From Patescibacteria group bacterium (GTDB taxonomy: Bacteria; Patescibacteriota; Minisyncoccia; UBA10092), in the NCBI GenBank assembly GCA_018826255.1, contig JAHJZO010000029.1, positions 1 to 54,587 of the forward strand: DNA of 54,587 bases, given 5' to 3'. Both the position numbers and the translations under genes were made by a program. Under the pieces are notes generated by a model. That model was given only the letters and a program-made list of their open reading frames with translations, searched no databases and had not been told where the DNA came from. Each line of letters begins with the position of its first letter. Within the stretch, counting starts at the first letter, position 1. Positions 37,343-45,698 of this stretch are shown here, piece after piece.

Positions 37343-38341
37343 ATGAAAACTAAAGCGGCGGTTTTAAGAAATATTGGCGGACCATTGATAATTGAGGAAC
37401 TGGAAATCCCCAAATTGGGATTTGGACAGGTTCTTGTAAAAATACTGTATAGCGGACTTTGCCGAAGCCAGCTAAATGAAATTAAAGGATGGAAGGGCAA
37501 AGACCATATTCCTCACCTTTTGGGTCATGAGGCGTCAGGCGAGGTTCTAGAAATTGGAGATAGCGTTTCTAAAGTCAGGCCTGGCGATTATGTCGTATGC
37601 AGTTGGATAAAGGGCGCGGGATTGGATGTTCCGCTTATCAAATATCGCGCGGGCGATGGCAGTGTTGTAAATGCCGGAGCCGTGGCGACATTTTCCCAAT
37701 ACGCGGTTATTTCAGAAAACCGGCTGGTTCCGGTCTCAAGAAAAATTGGCGGTGAAGTGGCGGCCCTTCTGGGTTGCGCCGTGCCAACGGGCGCCGGCGT
37801 GGTTGATCATTCGGATATCCCGCTTGGATCAAAATTAGCCATATTCGGCATTGGGGGCATCGGCGCCAGCGCTTTATTGAAAGCTCTTTCCCTTAAAATA
37901 AGATGCTTTGCTATTGATGTGGCTCAATGGAAATTAGATTGGGCGGAAAAAATTGGAAGTGTTGCTATTCATTTTGATCATGTTAAAAAATATGCGCCCT
38001 TTGATTCTGCGGTTGAATGCAGCGGTAGCAGAACTGCTATGGAGGCAGCTATTAATCTGACTAAGAGTGATGGCGCAGTGATTGTTGCCGGCAACTTGGA
38101 ACCGGGAGAAAAAATTGCTATTGACCCTTTTGATTTAGTAAAAGGTAAAAGGATAAGCGGTACTTGGGGCGGAGGATGTTTTTTGGATGATGATATCCCG
38201 CGCTATGCTTCCGAATATCTCTTCGGTTATCTGTCACTTGAAAATTTAATAACCCGTATTTATTCTTTTGAAAAGATAAATCTGGGATTAGCAGAATTAA
38301 ATTGTGGTGAATTAATCCGGGGAATTGTAAAAATTTCCTGA
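37343..38341 (+). CDS. zinc-type medium-chain alcohol dehydrogenase/reductase
   Basis: GHEASGEVLEIG zinc motif, GLCRSQ, FGIGGIGASAL Rossmann loop. ATG 37343 chosen inside the track ORF. Confidence 0.8.
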   Translation: MKTKAAVLRNIGGPLIIEELEIPKLGFGQVLVKILYSGLCRSQLNEIKGWKGKDHIPHLLGHEASGEVLEIGDSVSKVRPGDYVVCSWIKGAGLDVPLIKYRAGDGSVVNAGAVATFSQYAVISENRLVPVSRKIGGEVAALLGCAVPTGAGVVDHSDIPLGSKLAIFGIGGIGASALLKALSLKIRCFAIDVAQWKLDWAEKIGSVAIHFDHVKKYAPFDSAVECSGSRTAMEAAINLTKSDGAVIVAGNLEPGEKIAIDPFDLVKGKRISGTWGGGCFLDDDIPRYASEYLFGYLSLENLITRIYSFEKINLGLAELNCGELIRGIVKIS

Positions 38342-38348
38342 AAACAAA

Positions 38349-38370
38349 ATCCCCGCTTAGCGGGGATTTT
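38349..38370. terminator. bidirectional hairpin terminator between convergent genes
   Basis: ATCCCCGC-TTA-GCGGGGAT followed by TTTTT. Confidence 0.7.
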
Positions 38371-38384
38371 TTAATTGATAAAAT

Positions 38385-39722
38385 TTATTTTCCCGCGCCG
38401 GAAAGTAAAATGCGAATTGTTTTTAACATAATTGATAAATCAAGAAACGCCGAACGGTTTTTCAAATAATATAAATCGTATTGGAGTTTTTCCAAGGTTT
38501 CTTTGAAAGTAGGGCCGGCATTAGGATTATGAAGTTGCGCCCAGCCGGCGATTCCCGGTTTTATCAAGTGCCGCATTTCATAAAAAGTAATTTCTTCCGA
38601 TAGTTTTTTTGCAAGCTCCGGTTTTTCCGGCCGCGGGCCGATAAACGACATTTGTCCAAGTAAAATATTCCAAACCTGTGGCAGTTCGTCAATATGAGTT
38701 TTGCGCAAAAATTTACCGACTAATGTAGATTTTTCTTCATATGATGTTCCGGCTTCTCGCGCGCTTGAGCCGCTAATCAATGACCTAAACTTTATTAAAG
38801 TAAATATTTGCCCATTTTTACCCACGCGCTGTTGTCTGTAAAAAACAGCTCCCGGATAAGACACTTCTATGGCTAAAACTACTAAGGGCGATATTATCAA
38901 TGTTATCAACCCAAGTATGATTGAACCGATAATATCAAAAGTTTTTTTTGTCGTTTCATAAAATCCTTTGGTAGATTGTCCGATATTTTCCAAAAACCAG
39001 GCCTCTTGGATAATTGAAATCGGCACACGGTTTGTCGTGGTTTCGTAAAATTTATCCAAATCATTAATGACAACGCCCTTTTTAAAATATTTGAAAAGCA
39101 AATAAGATAATTTTTTTGAATGATCAAACTGTTCGACTGAAACTATTAGTGAAAATTTTTTATCTTGCCAAAGATTTTCTAATTCGGCGGCATTGTCAGG
39201 CGCTAGAATTCCGACAGTTTGATAGCCCAGTTGTGGATTATTGCTCAAAAATTCTTTTAGCTCCATTATTTCTGGGCTGGCGCCAAGAAATGCAATCCCG
39301 ATTTTGAACGCTTTGGTAGCCCACTTATTAAAATATTGCCTCCAAAAATAAAGAATAGCCATGGTTAGGGCCAAATCAATAAACAAATTTATTTTTGGCG
39401 TAATTATAAAATATGGTATAAAATAAAAGAAAGAAACAGCAATTGCCGCGTTAACGCCAAAAGTAATAATGAGATTTTTGTAAAACAACCCTTCATTTTT
39501 AAGTTTTGACAAATCATAAAGACCCGCAGCCCAAAAAACGATTAGCCAGAGCGCGAATATTATGCTAAAAGGGACAAGATGGAGGGGGATGGAATTTTTG
39601 AGAACAATATAATCACGATTGATTAATGCGTAGCGGATAATGAGAGTCAGCCCTAAAGCCGCATAAAATATTACAACATCGCTCAAGACCAATAAAGATA
39701 CTTTTAGTTGTTTACGCCACAT
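38385..39722 (-). CDS. polyprenyl-phosphate sugar-phosphate transferase (WbaP/EpsB-type initiating enzyme)
   Basis: RQQRVGKNGQIFTLIKFRS and DELPQVWNILLGQMSFIGPRPE bacterial sugar transferase motifs, with N-terminal TM segments. Confidence 0.9.
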   Translation of the reverse strand: MWRKQLKVSLLVLSDVVIFYAALGLTLIIRYALINRDYIVLKNSIPLHLVPFSIIFALWLIVFWAAGLYDLSKLKNEGLFYKNLIITFGVNAAIAVSFFYFIPYFIITPKINLFIDLALTMAILYFWRQYFNKWATKAFKIGIAFLGASPEIMELKEFLSNNPQLGYQTVGILAPDNAAELENLWQDKKFSLIVSVEQFDHSKKLSYLLFKYFKKGVVINDLDKFYETTTNRVPISIIQEAWFLENIGQSTKGFYETTKKTFDIIGSIILGLITLIISPLVVLAIEVSYPGAVFYRQQRVGKNGQIFTLIKFRSLISGSSAREAGTSYEEKSTLVGKFLRKTHIDELPQVWNILLGQMSFIGPRPEKPELAKKLSEEITFYEMRHLIKPGIAGWAQLHNPNAGPTFKETLEKLQYDLYYLKNRSAFLDLSIMLKTIRILLSGAGK

Positions 39723-39725
39723 ATT

Positions 39726-41978
39726 ATGAATTCTAGCATACTATTAAAACTTATAAAATTCGGAATCGGTTTTATCCTATTTATCCCGCTTTACATCGGC
39801 GGTTCTTTTTTCTTTCCTTTTATTTTCCCGAAAATATGGCTTTTTCAATTGGTTACCGAAATTATTTTATTCCTTTATATTATTTTGGCGCTTACGGACG
39901 CGCGTTTTAGGCCAAAATGGAATTTAGCGCTTGGCGCGACAATGTTGCTTACAATAATTTTAATAATCACAAGTTTTACGGGAGTTGACGCTTTCAGGAG
40001 TTTTTGGGGCAATACCGAAAGAATGTCCGGCATAATTACGTGGTTTCACTTTGTGATTTTTGCCATAATTTTGTCCAGCGTTTTAACGACCGAAAAAGAA
40101 TGGCGAAAATTTTTTGGTATAGCGGTTATTGTCAGTGTTTTGGAATTCTTTTATACTCTGGCCCAATATTTTAACGCTTCTTGGGCATGGCTTCCATCAA
40201 GCCAGTCCGGGACGATTGGCAATGCCGATCTTTTGGGAAGTTACGCAATCTTTGGCGCCTTTTTCGCGCTTTATTTGTGGAAAAACTCAAAATCCGATTT
40301 CAAGTATTTTTGGGCAACCGCTTTTTTTCTTAATATCGGCACTCTTTACATAGCAAGCAGCCGAGGCGCCATTATTGGGTTTGTTATCGGGATTATTGCT
40401 TATATGCTTCTTAATATCGCTGATAATCGTGATCTCTGGAAAAAGTGGGCGATTATAGCAGCTATCCCGCTTTTAATCTATGGCTTTTTATGGACAATCA
40501 GAAGTTCCGATTTTATTAACAATAGCGTCCAACTTACCCGGTTAACAAATATTTCCTTGAAAGGCGATACGATTCAGCAACGTTTCACAGAATGGGGGAT
40601 TGCTTGGGACGCATTTTTGGCGCGCCCAATTTTCGGTTTTGGGCCTAATAATTATTTGTATCTTCACAATGCCTTTCTTGATCCAAGGGTTTACGAGCTT
40701 CGCGAAACCAACTTTGATCGCGCTCACAATGCCTATTTGGACTATGCCTCAATGAGCGGAATTTTAGGTCTCTTGGGTTATCTATTTTTGATCGGCGCTT
40801 TATTTTGGGTGTTTGTAAAGAATAAATTATGGATTCCTGCGTCATTAATGGTCGCTTATGCGGTGCAGAGTTTTTTTGTTTTTGATAGCCCAGCAAGTTA
40901 TATTGCGCTTTTTTTGACGATTGGATTTGCCATCTATAAAACTGGAAATTCCAATGACCAAATCCCAAGTTCTCATAAAGATCTCCCGAAGGGAGACAAG
41001 CAAATCCCAAATCCCAAATCTCTAAATTCCCAAACTATTATCGCTCTCTCTCTTGCCGCCTGCATCTTGTCGTTTTATATATTTTGGCAAGTGAGTGTTA
41101 AGCCGGCGGTAGCGAACAACGATTTTGTGAACGCTTTTAATAATCCGTCGCTTGGCGCCGAAGAATCGTTTAATCTGTATAAAAAGGCCGTGGCTCAAGA
41201 AACTCTTGGCACTACGGAATTTCGCAATCAGTATAATCCTTGGCTTCAGAAAAATTTGAACAATTTTAAACCGGAAGAACGTATTACAGTATTAGATTTT
41301 GGTATTAACGAGCTTGAAAAAGAAGTTAAAACTCATCCCATGGTTTTTAGTTATTTAAATCTCGGCCAAATTTATAATTATAAGGCGAGAGGATTTCAGG
41401 ACGAATCGGTGCGGATGGCCTTTTTTGAAAAAGCGGCAAGCGCTTACGATGAAGCCCTGAAACTTTCTCCAAACCGGTTGGAGGTCTTTTATTCTTATTT
41501 ACAACTATCTTTTGACGCTAAAAAATACGATAAAGGCGCAGAGTTGATGGAGCAGGTCGCTTCTCGCGCTCCTAATTATTGGCAAACCCATTGGTATCTC
41601 GGTTTTGCCTATACTATGGCGGGAAAAGATGAAGAAGCGGCGAAGGCGCTGAATAAAGCATTGGCAATTTTCTATAATCACAGCGGCGTGATTATAGAAA
41701 ATGGCAGATTAAAGTATGATTATGACAAAGCTCTAAATTTTGCGCTCGGTTTTGCGCCGAAGCAAGAAATTTTGGGAGCGGTGAATCCCTATATATGGCT
41801 AAAAATGTGGCCAGAACTTTTATTGCTTTATTTATCGGCCGAAAAAGGCGATCCCGAGGATATTCAACTGCACCAATCGCTCGCGCTGGTATACCAAAAT
41901 CTCGGCTTAAACGACAAAGCCAACGAAGAATTAAAAATTGTAAGGGCTTTGTCTGAAAATCAGAGCAGAAGCGAATGA
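39726..41978 (+). CDS. O-antigen ligase/polymerase-like (Wzy_C) membrane protein with C-terminal TPR repeats
   Basis: SSRGAIIGFVIG...FGFGPNNY...AHNAYLDYASMSGILGL. C-terminal TPR-like helical repeats. Confidence 0.8.
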   Translation: MNSSILLKLIKFGIGFILFIPLYIGGSFFFPFIFPKIWLFQLVTEIILFLYIILALTDARFRPKWNLALGATMLLTIILIITSFTGVDAFRSFWGNTERMSGIITWFHFVIFAIILSSVLTTEKEWRKFFGIAVIVSVLEFFYTLAQYFNASWAWLPSSQSGTIGNADLLGSYAIFGAFFALYLWKNSKSDFKYFWATAFFLNIGTLYIASSRGAIIGFVIGIIAYMLLNIADNRDLWKKWAIIAAIPLLIYGFLWTIRSSDFINNSVQLTRLTNISLKGDTIQQRFTEWGIAWDAFLARPIFGFGPNNYLYLHNAFLDPRVYELRETNFDRAHNAYLDYASMSGILGLLGYLFLIGALFWVFVKNKLWIPASLMVAYAVQSFFVFDSPASYIALFLTIGFAIYKTGNSNDQIPSSHKDLPKGDKQIPNPKSLNSQTIIALSLAACILSFYIFWQVSVKPAVANNDFVNAFNNPSLGAEESFNLYKKAVAQETLGTTEFRNQYNPWLQKNLNNFKPEERITVLDFGINELEKEVKTHPMVFSYLNLGQIYNYKARGFQDESVRMAFFEKAASAYDEALKLSPNRLEVFYSYLQLSFDAKKYDKGAELMEQVASRAPNYWQTHWYLGFAYTMAGKDEEAAKALNKALAIFYNHSGVIIENGRLKYDYDKALNFALGFAPKQEILGAVNPYIWLKMWPELLLLYLSAEKGDPEDIQLHQSLALVYQNLGLNDKANEELKIVRALSENQSRSE
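40971..40999. repeat. in-frame GC-rich hairpin module (TCTCCC-GAA-GGGAGA) within the ligase gene
   Basis: Exact 21-mer AGATCTCCCGAAGGGAGACAA (40979-40999) is shared with gap (48640-48660). Flanked by CAAATCCCAA direct repeats at 40959-40968 and 41001-41010. Confidence 0.85.
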
Positions 41979-41997
41979 TTTTTAAAAACAAAACCTT

Positions 41998-42015
41998 ATC
42001 CCGCCGCGGCGGGAT
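41998..42015 (+). terminator. weak hairpin terminator
   Basis: Perfect palindrome ATCCCGCCGCGGCGGGAT. The T-run is displaced (GCTCAGTTTT). Confidence 0.4.
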
Positions 42016-42066
42016 GCTCAGTTTTATTGCTAAATTGTATCATTTCATGATAAAATTTAGATAAAA

Positions 42067-42897
42067 ATGGCAAAGTTCAGAATAGTTTTTGGATTTATTT
42101 TATTGATTTTATTTTTTGTCGCGTTATTTGTCGGCTTGCCTTATCTTTTTCAAATACTGAAAACAAGTTCAATAACAAACTCCCCCCGGTTTATGTTTTC
42201 ATCCACTTCCACTGTGCCGTGGAATTTTAGTTATTTTTATAGTCAGCCAATGAGTTCAACATATCAATATCAACAAAATCAACAATATCAACAAAAAGTA
42301 AGAATCGGAAGCATTTCCAGTTATGGCGCCACCCAAATTAGTTTACAATCCGCATCTTATGAAAGTCCGGTAAATATTACCGGCTGGAGAATTAAAAGCG
42401 CTCAAAAAGGCGAGACTCTTATAGGCAAAGGAATCAATCTGGTTCAATTTGATTCAGTTTCTTCCGATGTCTGGCTTAATGGCGGCGAATCGGCCGACAT
42501 TATCGCCGGTGTGAGCCCGATGGCTGCCAATTTCAGGGTTAATATTTGTTTTGGAGGAATAAATAACCTGTATAATCTTGGTTACGCGTCCTGTCCGGCG
42601 ATGGCAATGTATGATCTGACAGGCCTTGATAGTTCCTGCCAGGATTTGATATTGCGAAGCAGCTCGTGCCAAGCTCCGAGCGATAATATATTAAACGGGC
42701 AAACCTCCAAGTGCCGAATATGGTTTGAAAAAAATGTCAATTACAATGCCTGTGTTAATCAATACCGCAACAGCCGCGATTTTTATAGGGGATGGAAAAT
42801 TTATACCGGCAACAGTAATCAGATTTTTGACCCGCTTCATGATAAAATTGAACTTCGCGATCAAGCCGGGCGATTAATCGACAGCCGCCAGTATTAG
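42067..42897 (+). CDS. membrane-anchored, Cys-rich hypothetical protein with possible lamin-tail (LTD)-like fold
   Basis: N-terminal TM helix. VRIGSIS...VNITGWRIKS...HDKIELRDQAGRLIDSRQY resembles the LTD pattern. Eight Cys in the insert. Confidence 0.35.
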   Translation: MAKFRIVFGFILLILFFVALFVGLPYLFQILKTSSITNSPRFMFSSTSTVPWNFSYFYSQPMSSTYQYQQNQQYQQKVRIGSISSYGATQISLQSASYESPVNITGWRIKSAQKGETLIGKGINLVQFDSVSSDVWLNGGESADIIAGVSPMAANFRVNICFGGINNLYNLGYASCPAMAMYDLTGLDSSCQDLILRSSSCQAPSDNILNGQTSKCRIWFEKNVNYNACVNQYRNSRDFYRGWKIYTGNSNQIFDPLHDKIELRDQAGRLIDSRQY

Positions 42898-42914
42898 TTA
42901 TCCACATATTTACA

Positions 42915-42942
42915 TAGACAAGCACAATTATAGGTATATAAT
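42915..42942 (+). promoter_or_regulatory. sigma70-like promoter for the surface-protein gene
   Basis: TAGACA (42915-42920), 16 nt, TATAAT (42937-42942). Confidence 0.5.
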
Positions 42943-43010
42943 CAATGATAGAAGTGCATAAACTGCATGATTTGGCGGTTTTTATAATTAACTTGGTTAA
43001 AATAAATAAA

Positions 43011-44957
43011 ATGTCACGAAAATATTTTATAATTCTTGGGCTGTTTTTAGCCGTGAGTGTTTTTGTTTCCAGTGCCGGTATTGTAGGGGCCTATACTACT
43101 ACTGCCGTATGGACCGGCGGTGGCGATGGAGTGACATGGACTGATCCCGGTAACTGGGGGAATACGAGCAGTAACGCTTATCCTGGCGCTTCTACGACTG
43201 ATGCGGTGTTAATTTCCACGCAGACGCCGACGGGCGATATTATTGTCAGGGCTACATCTACGCTTCCCGGTTCGTTAAGTACATTAACGCTTGGCGCGGC
43301 GAATACCGGCGGCCCGACTCTTATTTTGGGCAATGGAGCCACAATTTCCGCCAGTACCTCAGTCATTCTCGTTAGTACTAGCACGCTTAAACTAGGCGAT
43401 AGCACTTGGGGTAGCGGCAATTTAACTTTTGCCAATGGCAATGATAGCGCCATACCGTTTAGATTTGGCACTACCACAACTGCTTTTACAGCTGCGACAG
43501 GCACAGTTACATTTACCGGCACAGGCAGCAATATTGTTATAGCGACAACTACTTACTATAATCTCAATTTAACTCCAACATCTACTGCCACAACCGTTAC
43601 TTATAAATTTGGCGCCGATAGTTTTTCCTGTACATCTGGCGGTTGTACTGCCACTACTACTGTGTCTAATGTTCTTACTGTTAGTCCTGGCGCTCGCGCT
43701 AATTTTAACAGTACGACTCTTATTTTGTCGGGTTCTGGAACAGTATTTTCAAAAGCCAATGGCACATTTATTGCCAATGGCTCGGTAATTCAATATACCT
43801 CCGCTTCAGCCACCAATATTGCTACCGGCACTTATGACAACCTTAATATCAGCGGAGCGGCTACCAAGACCCTACTGGGCAACACGACCGCGACCAGTAC
43901 AGTAACAGTTGCTTCCGGCTCAACATTGGCAATAAGTACTTATACATTCACCGCTACCGGTTCTACTTGGACCAATAGTGGAACGGTTACCGAAGGAACA
44001 GGTGGTAAAATAACTTTAGCTTCAGCCACCACGTTAGCCGACAGTGCCGGCACCAGTAAATCGTCATTTGATGGCGACGCTCGGGATAGCGTTTATTTCA
44101 AGGTAACCGATACAAGTTTAAACCTTTTAGCTGCAACGGCTGAAACTTTAACATGTACAATTAGAGCAGTTAGTGGCATTAGCGATACTGAAACAGTTAC
44201 TCTCACTGAAACAGGCGTTGCCACAGGCATCTTTTCGGGTGGCGTTACTTTTGGTATGTCAGGCACAGATGTTGCCAGCCAGCTTGATTATCAGGGAGGA
44301 GGCACTTTGACCGTCACTTGGGTTGACAAACAAGATTCTGATGATACGGGCACCGGCAAGACAGGTACATTTACCGGCACTGCCCCGGGAGGTGGCGGTA
44401 GCAGCGGTTCTGTAGCGACAACTGCGACGACCGCGACAACTGCGACGACAGCTACCACCGATACAACGACAGCTACCACTGACACAACAACTACTACTAC
44501 CGACACAACTACAACAACAGCGACTCCGGCAGTTACGACTGGCCCGACGCTTGATAGTATTCAAACAAAAATTGCGGCCGCGGTGGCCAGTATATCCGCT
44601 CTTCCGGCAAACCCATCAGCTGCTGATTTAACCGCTGTTCAAGCTCAAATCGCCGCTATTTTGGCTGATATTCAGGCACTTCAGGGGACAACGCAAGGCG
44701 CGGCTCTCGGACTTAACTTCACTACACCGCTGTCCTATGGCATAACAAATAGCAGTGTGACGGATCTTCAAAATGCCCTTAAAACCGATTCGTCGGTTTA
44801 TCCTGAAGGATTGGTAACCGGTTACTTTGGTCCAATGACTTTGAGGGCAGTTCAGAAATTCCAAGAAAAATATGGTATTGCCGCGAGTGGTGAACCCGGC
44901 TATGGTTATGTCGGTCCGAAAACCAGGACGAAACTGAACGAACTTTACGGTCAATAA
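43011..44957 (+). CDS. secreted Thr/Gly/Ser-rich surface protein with C-terminal peptidoglycan-binding (PG_binding_1-like) domain
   Basis: Signal peptide MSRKYFIILGLFLAVSVFVSSAGIVGA. Poly-Thr linker. C-terminal LQNALK...GYFGPMTLRAVQKFQEKYGI. Confidence 0.7.
   Translation: MSRKYFIILGLFLAVSVFVSSAGIVGAYTTTAVWTGGGDGVTWTDPGNWGNTSSNAYPGASTTDAVLISTQTPTGDIIVRATSTLPGSLSTLTLGAANTGGPTLILGNGATISASTSVILVSTSTLKLGDSTWGSGNLTFANGNDSAIPFRFGTTTTAFTAATGTVTFTGTGSNIVIATTTYYNLNLTPTSTATTVTYKFGADSFSCTSGGCTATTTVSNVLTVSPGARANFNSTTLILSGSGTVFSKANGTFIANGSVIQYTSASATNIATGTYDNLNISGAATKTLLGNTTATSTVTVASGSTLAISTYTFTATGSTWTNSGTVTEGTGGKITLASATTLADSAGTSKSSFDGDARDSVYFKVTDTSLNLLAATAETLTCTIRAVSGISDTETVTLTETGVATGIFSGGVTFGMSGTDVASQLDYQGGGTLTVTWVDKQDSDDTGTGKTGTFTGTAPGGGGSSGSVATTATTATTATTATTDTTTATTDTTTTTTDTTTTTATPAVTTGPTLDSIQTKIAAAVASISALPANPSAADLTAVQAQIAAILADIQALQGTTQGAALGLNFTTPLSYGITNSSVTDLQNALKTDSSVYPEGLVTGYFGPMTLRAVQKFQEKYGIAASGEPGYGYVGPKTRTKLNELYGQ
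44415..44520 (+). repeat. imperfect tandem ACN/GCN codon repeats encoding the TTATTATTATTATTDTTTATTDTTTTTTDTTTTT linker
   Basis: Read directly: GCGACAACTGCGACGACC... and GATACAACGACAGCTACCACT units. Confidence 0.8.
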
Positions 44958-44973
44958 AGAGAAATGACTAAAA

Positions 44974-45006
44974 CCTCCCCCGCAAGCTTGCGGGGGAGGT
45001 TTTTTT
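44974..45006 (+). terminator. strong rho-independent terminator (CCCCGCAAGCTTGCGGGG type)
   Basis: CCTCCCCCGCAAGCTTGCGGGGGAGG followed by TTTTTTT. Confidence 0.85.
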
Positions 45007-45016
45007 GTTACCCTAT

Positions 45017-45046
45017 TTGACAGATTGCGTTCTACCCGTATAGAAT
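45017..45046 (+). promoter_or_regulatory. near-consensus sigma70-like promoter upstream of the truncated dehydrogenase ORF
   Basis: TTGACA (45017-45022), 18 nt, TAGAAT (45041-45046). Confidence 0.5.
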
Positions 45047-45055
45047 GCGTAAAAT

Positions 45056-45691
45056 TTGATTTTTAACAATTCGACAGAAAGAGAGGTTGCTATAGTCGAT
45101 GAGGCCATCGGCTATGTTCGGGATTACAAAATTGTGATCATCAAATCAACCGTTATCCCGGGTACAACCGATGCGCTTCAGATTAAATATTCTCAGCACA
45201 AAATTTTATTTTGTCCGGAGTTTTTAACCGAAAAAACAGCACATGAAAATTTTCAAAACCCCAAAATTAAAATTGTTGGTGATACGCTAAAAAGTAATTC
45301 AGTCGCTCTTGCGGTGCGCGGGCTTCTACCCGAGGCGAAGTTTAATGCGATTATGCCGGCAATGGCCGCTGAACTTTTTAAGTATTTTAGAAACAGTTAT
45401 CTGGCAACAAAAAATTCGTTTTTCAACCAGATTTATGATTTGTGCCAAATAACCGGCATTAACTATTCTTTCATAAAAGATTGCGCCGAAGCGGATCCGT
45501 GGATTGGGCCGGAACATCTCGACCCATGGCATGGCGGTTTTCGCGGTTTCAATGGAAAGTGTTTGCCGAAAGATACGGAAGCTCTGCTGAAATTTGCCGA
45601 TGGATACGGTATAGATATTAGTGTTTTAAGAGAAGTTGTGAAATACAACTCTTTACTTCTTGAGTCGCAAAACATTAAAAAAGACAGTTAA
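45056..45691 (+). pseudogene. UDP-glucose/GDP-mannose dehydrogenase-family fragment lacking the N-terminal Rossmann start and the C-terminal UDP-binding domain
   Basis: IIKSTVIPGTT, FCPEFLTEKTA and FNGKCLPKD (catalytic Cys) align to about residues 90-295 of E. coli Ugd. No GxGxxG. Only a TTG start and no RBS. Confidence 0.55.
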
Positions 45692-45698
45692 TTCTAAA

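Noticed and set aside
41001-41020. Heptanucleotide tandem repeats (AAATCCC x ~2.7 here; AAATGTC x2 at 48659-48672) as phase-variation tracts.
   Set aside because: Only 2-3 copies are present, too few for efficient slippage. They are better explained as duplicated flanks of the hairpin insert.
44415-44520. Possible CRISPR-like or other non-coding repeat array.
   Set aside because: The repeats are in-frame Thr/Ala/Asp codon repeats inside a long ORF. There is no repeat-spacer periodicity and there are no cas genes.
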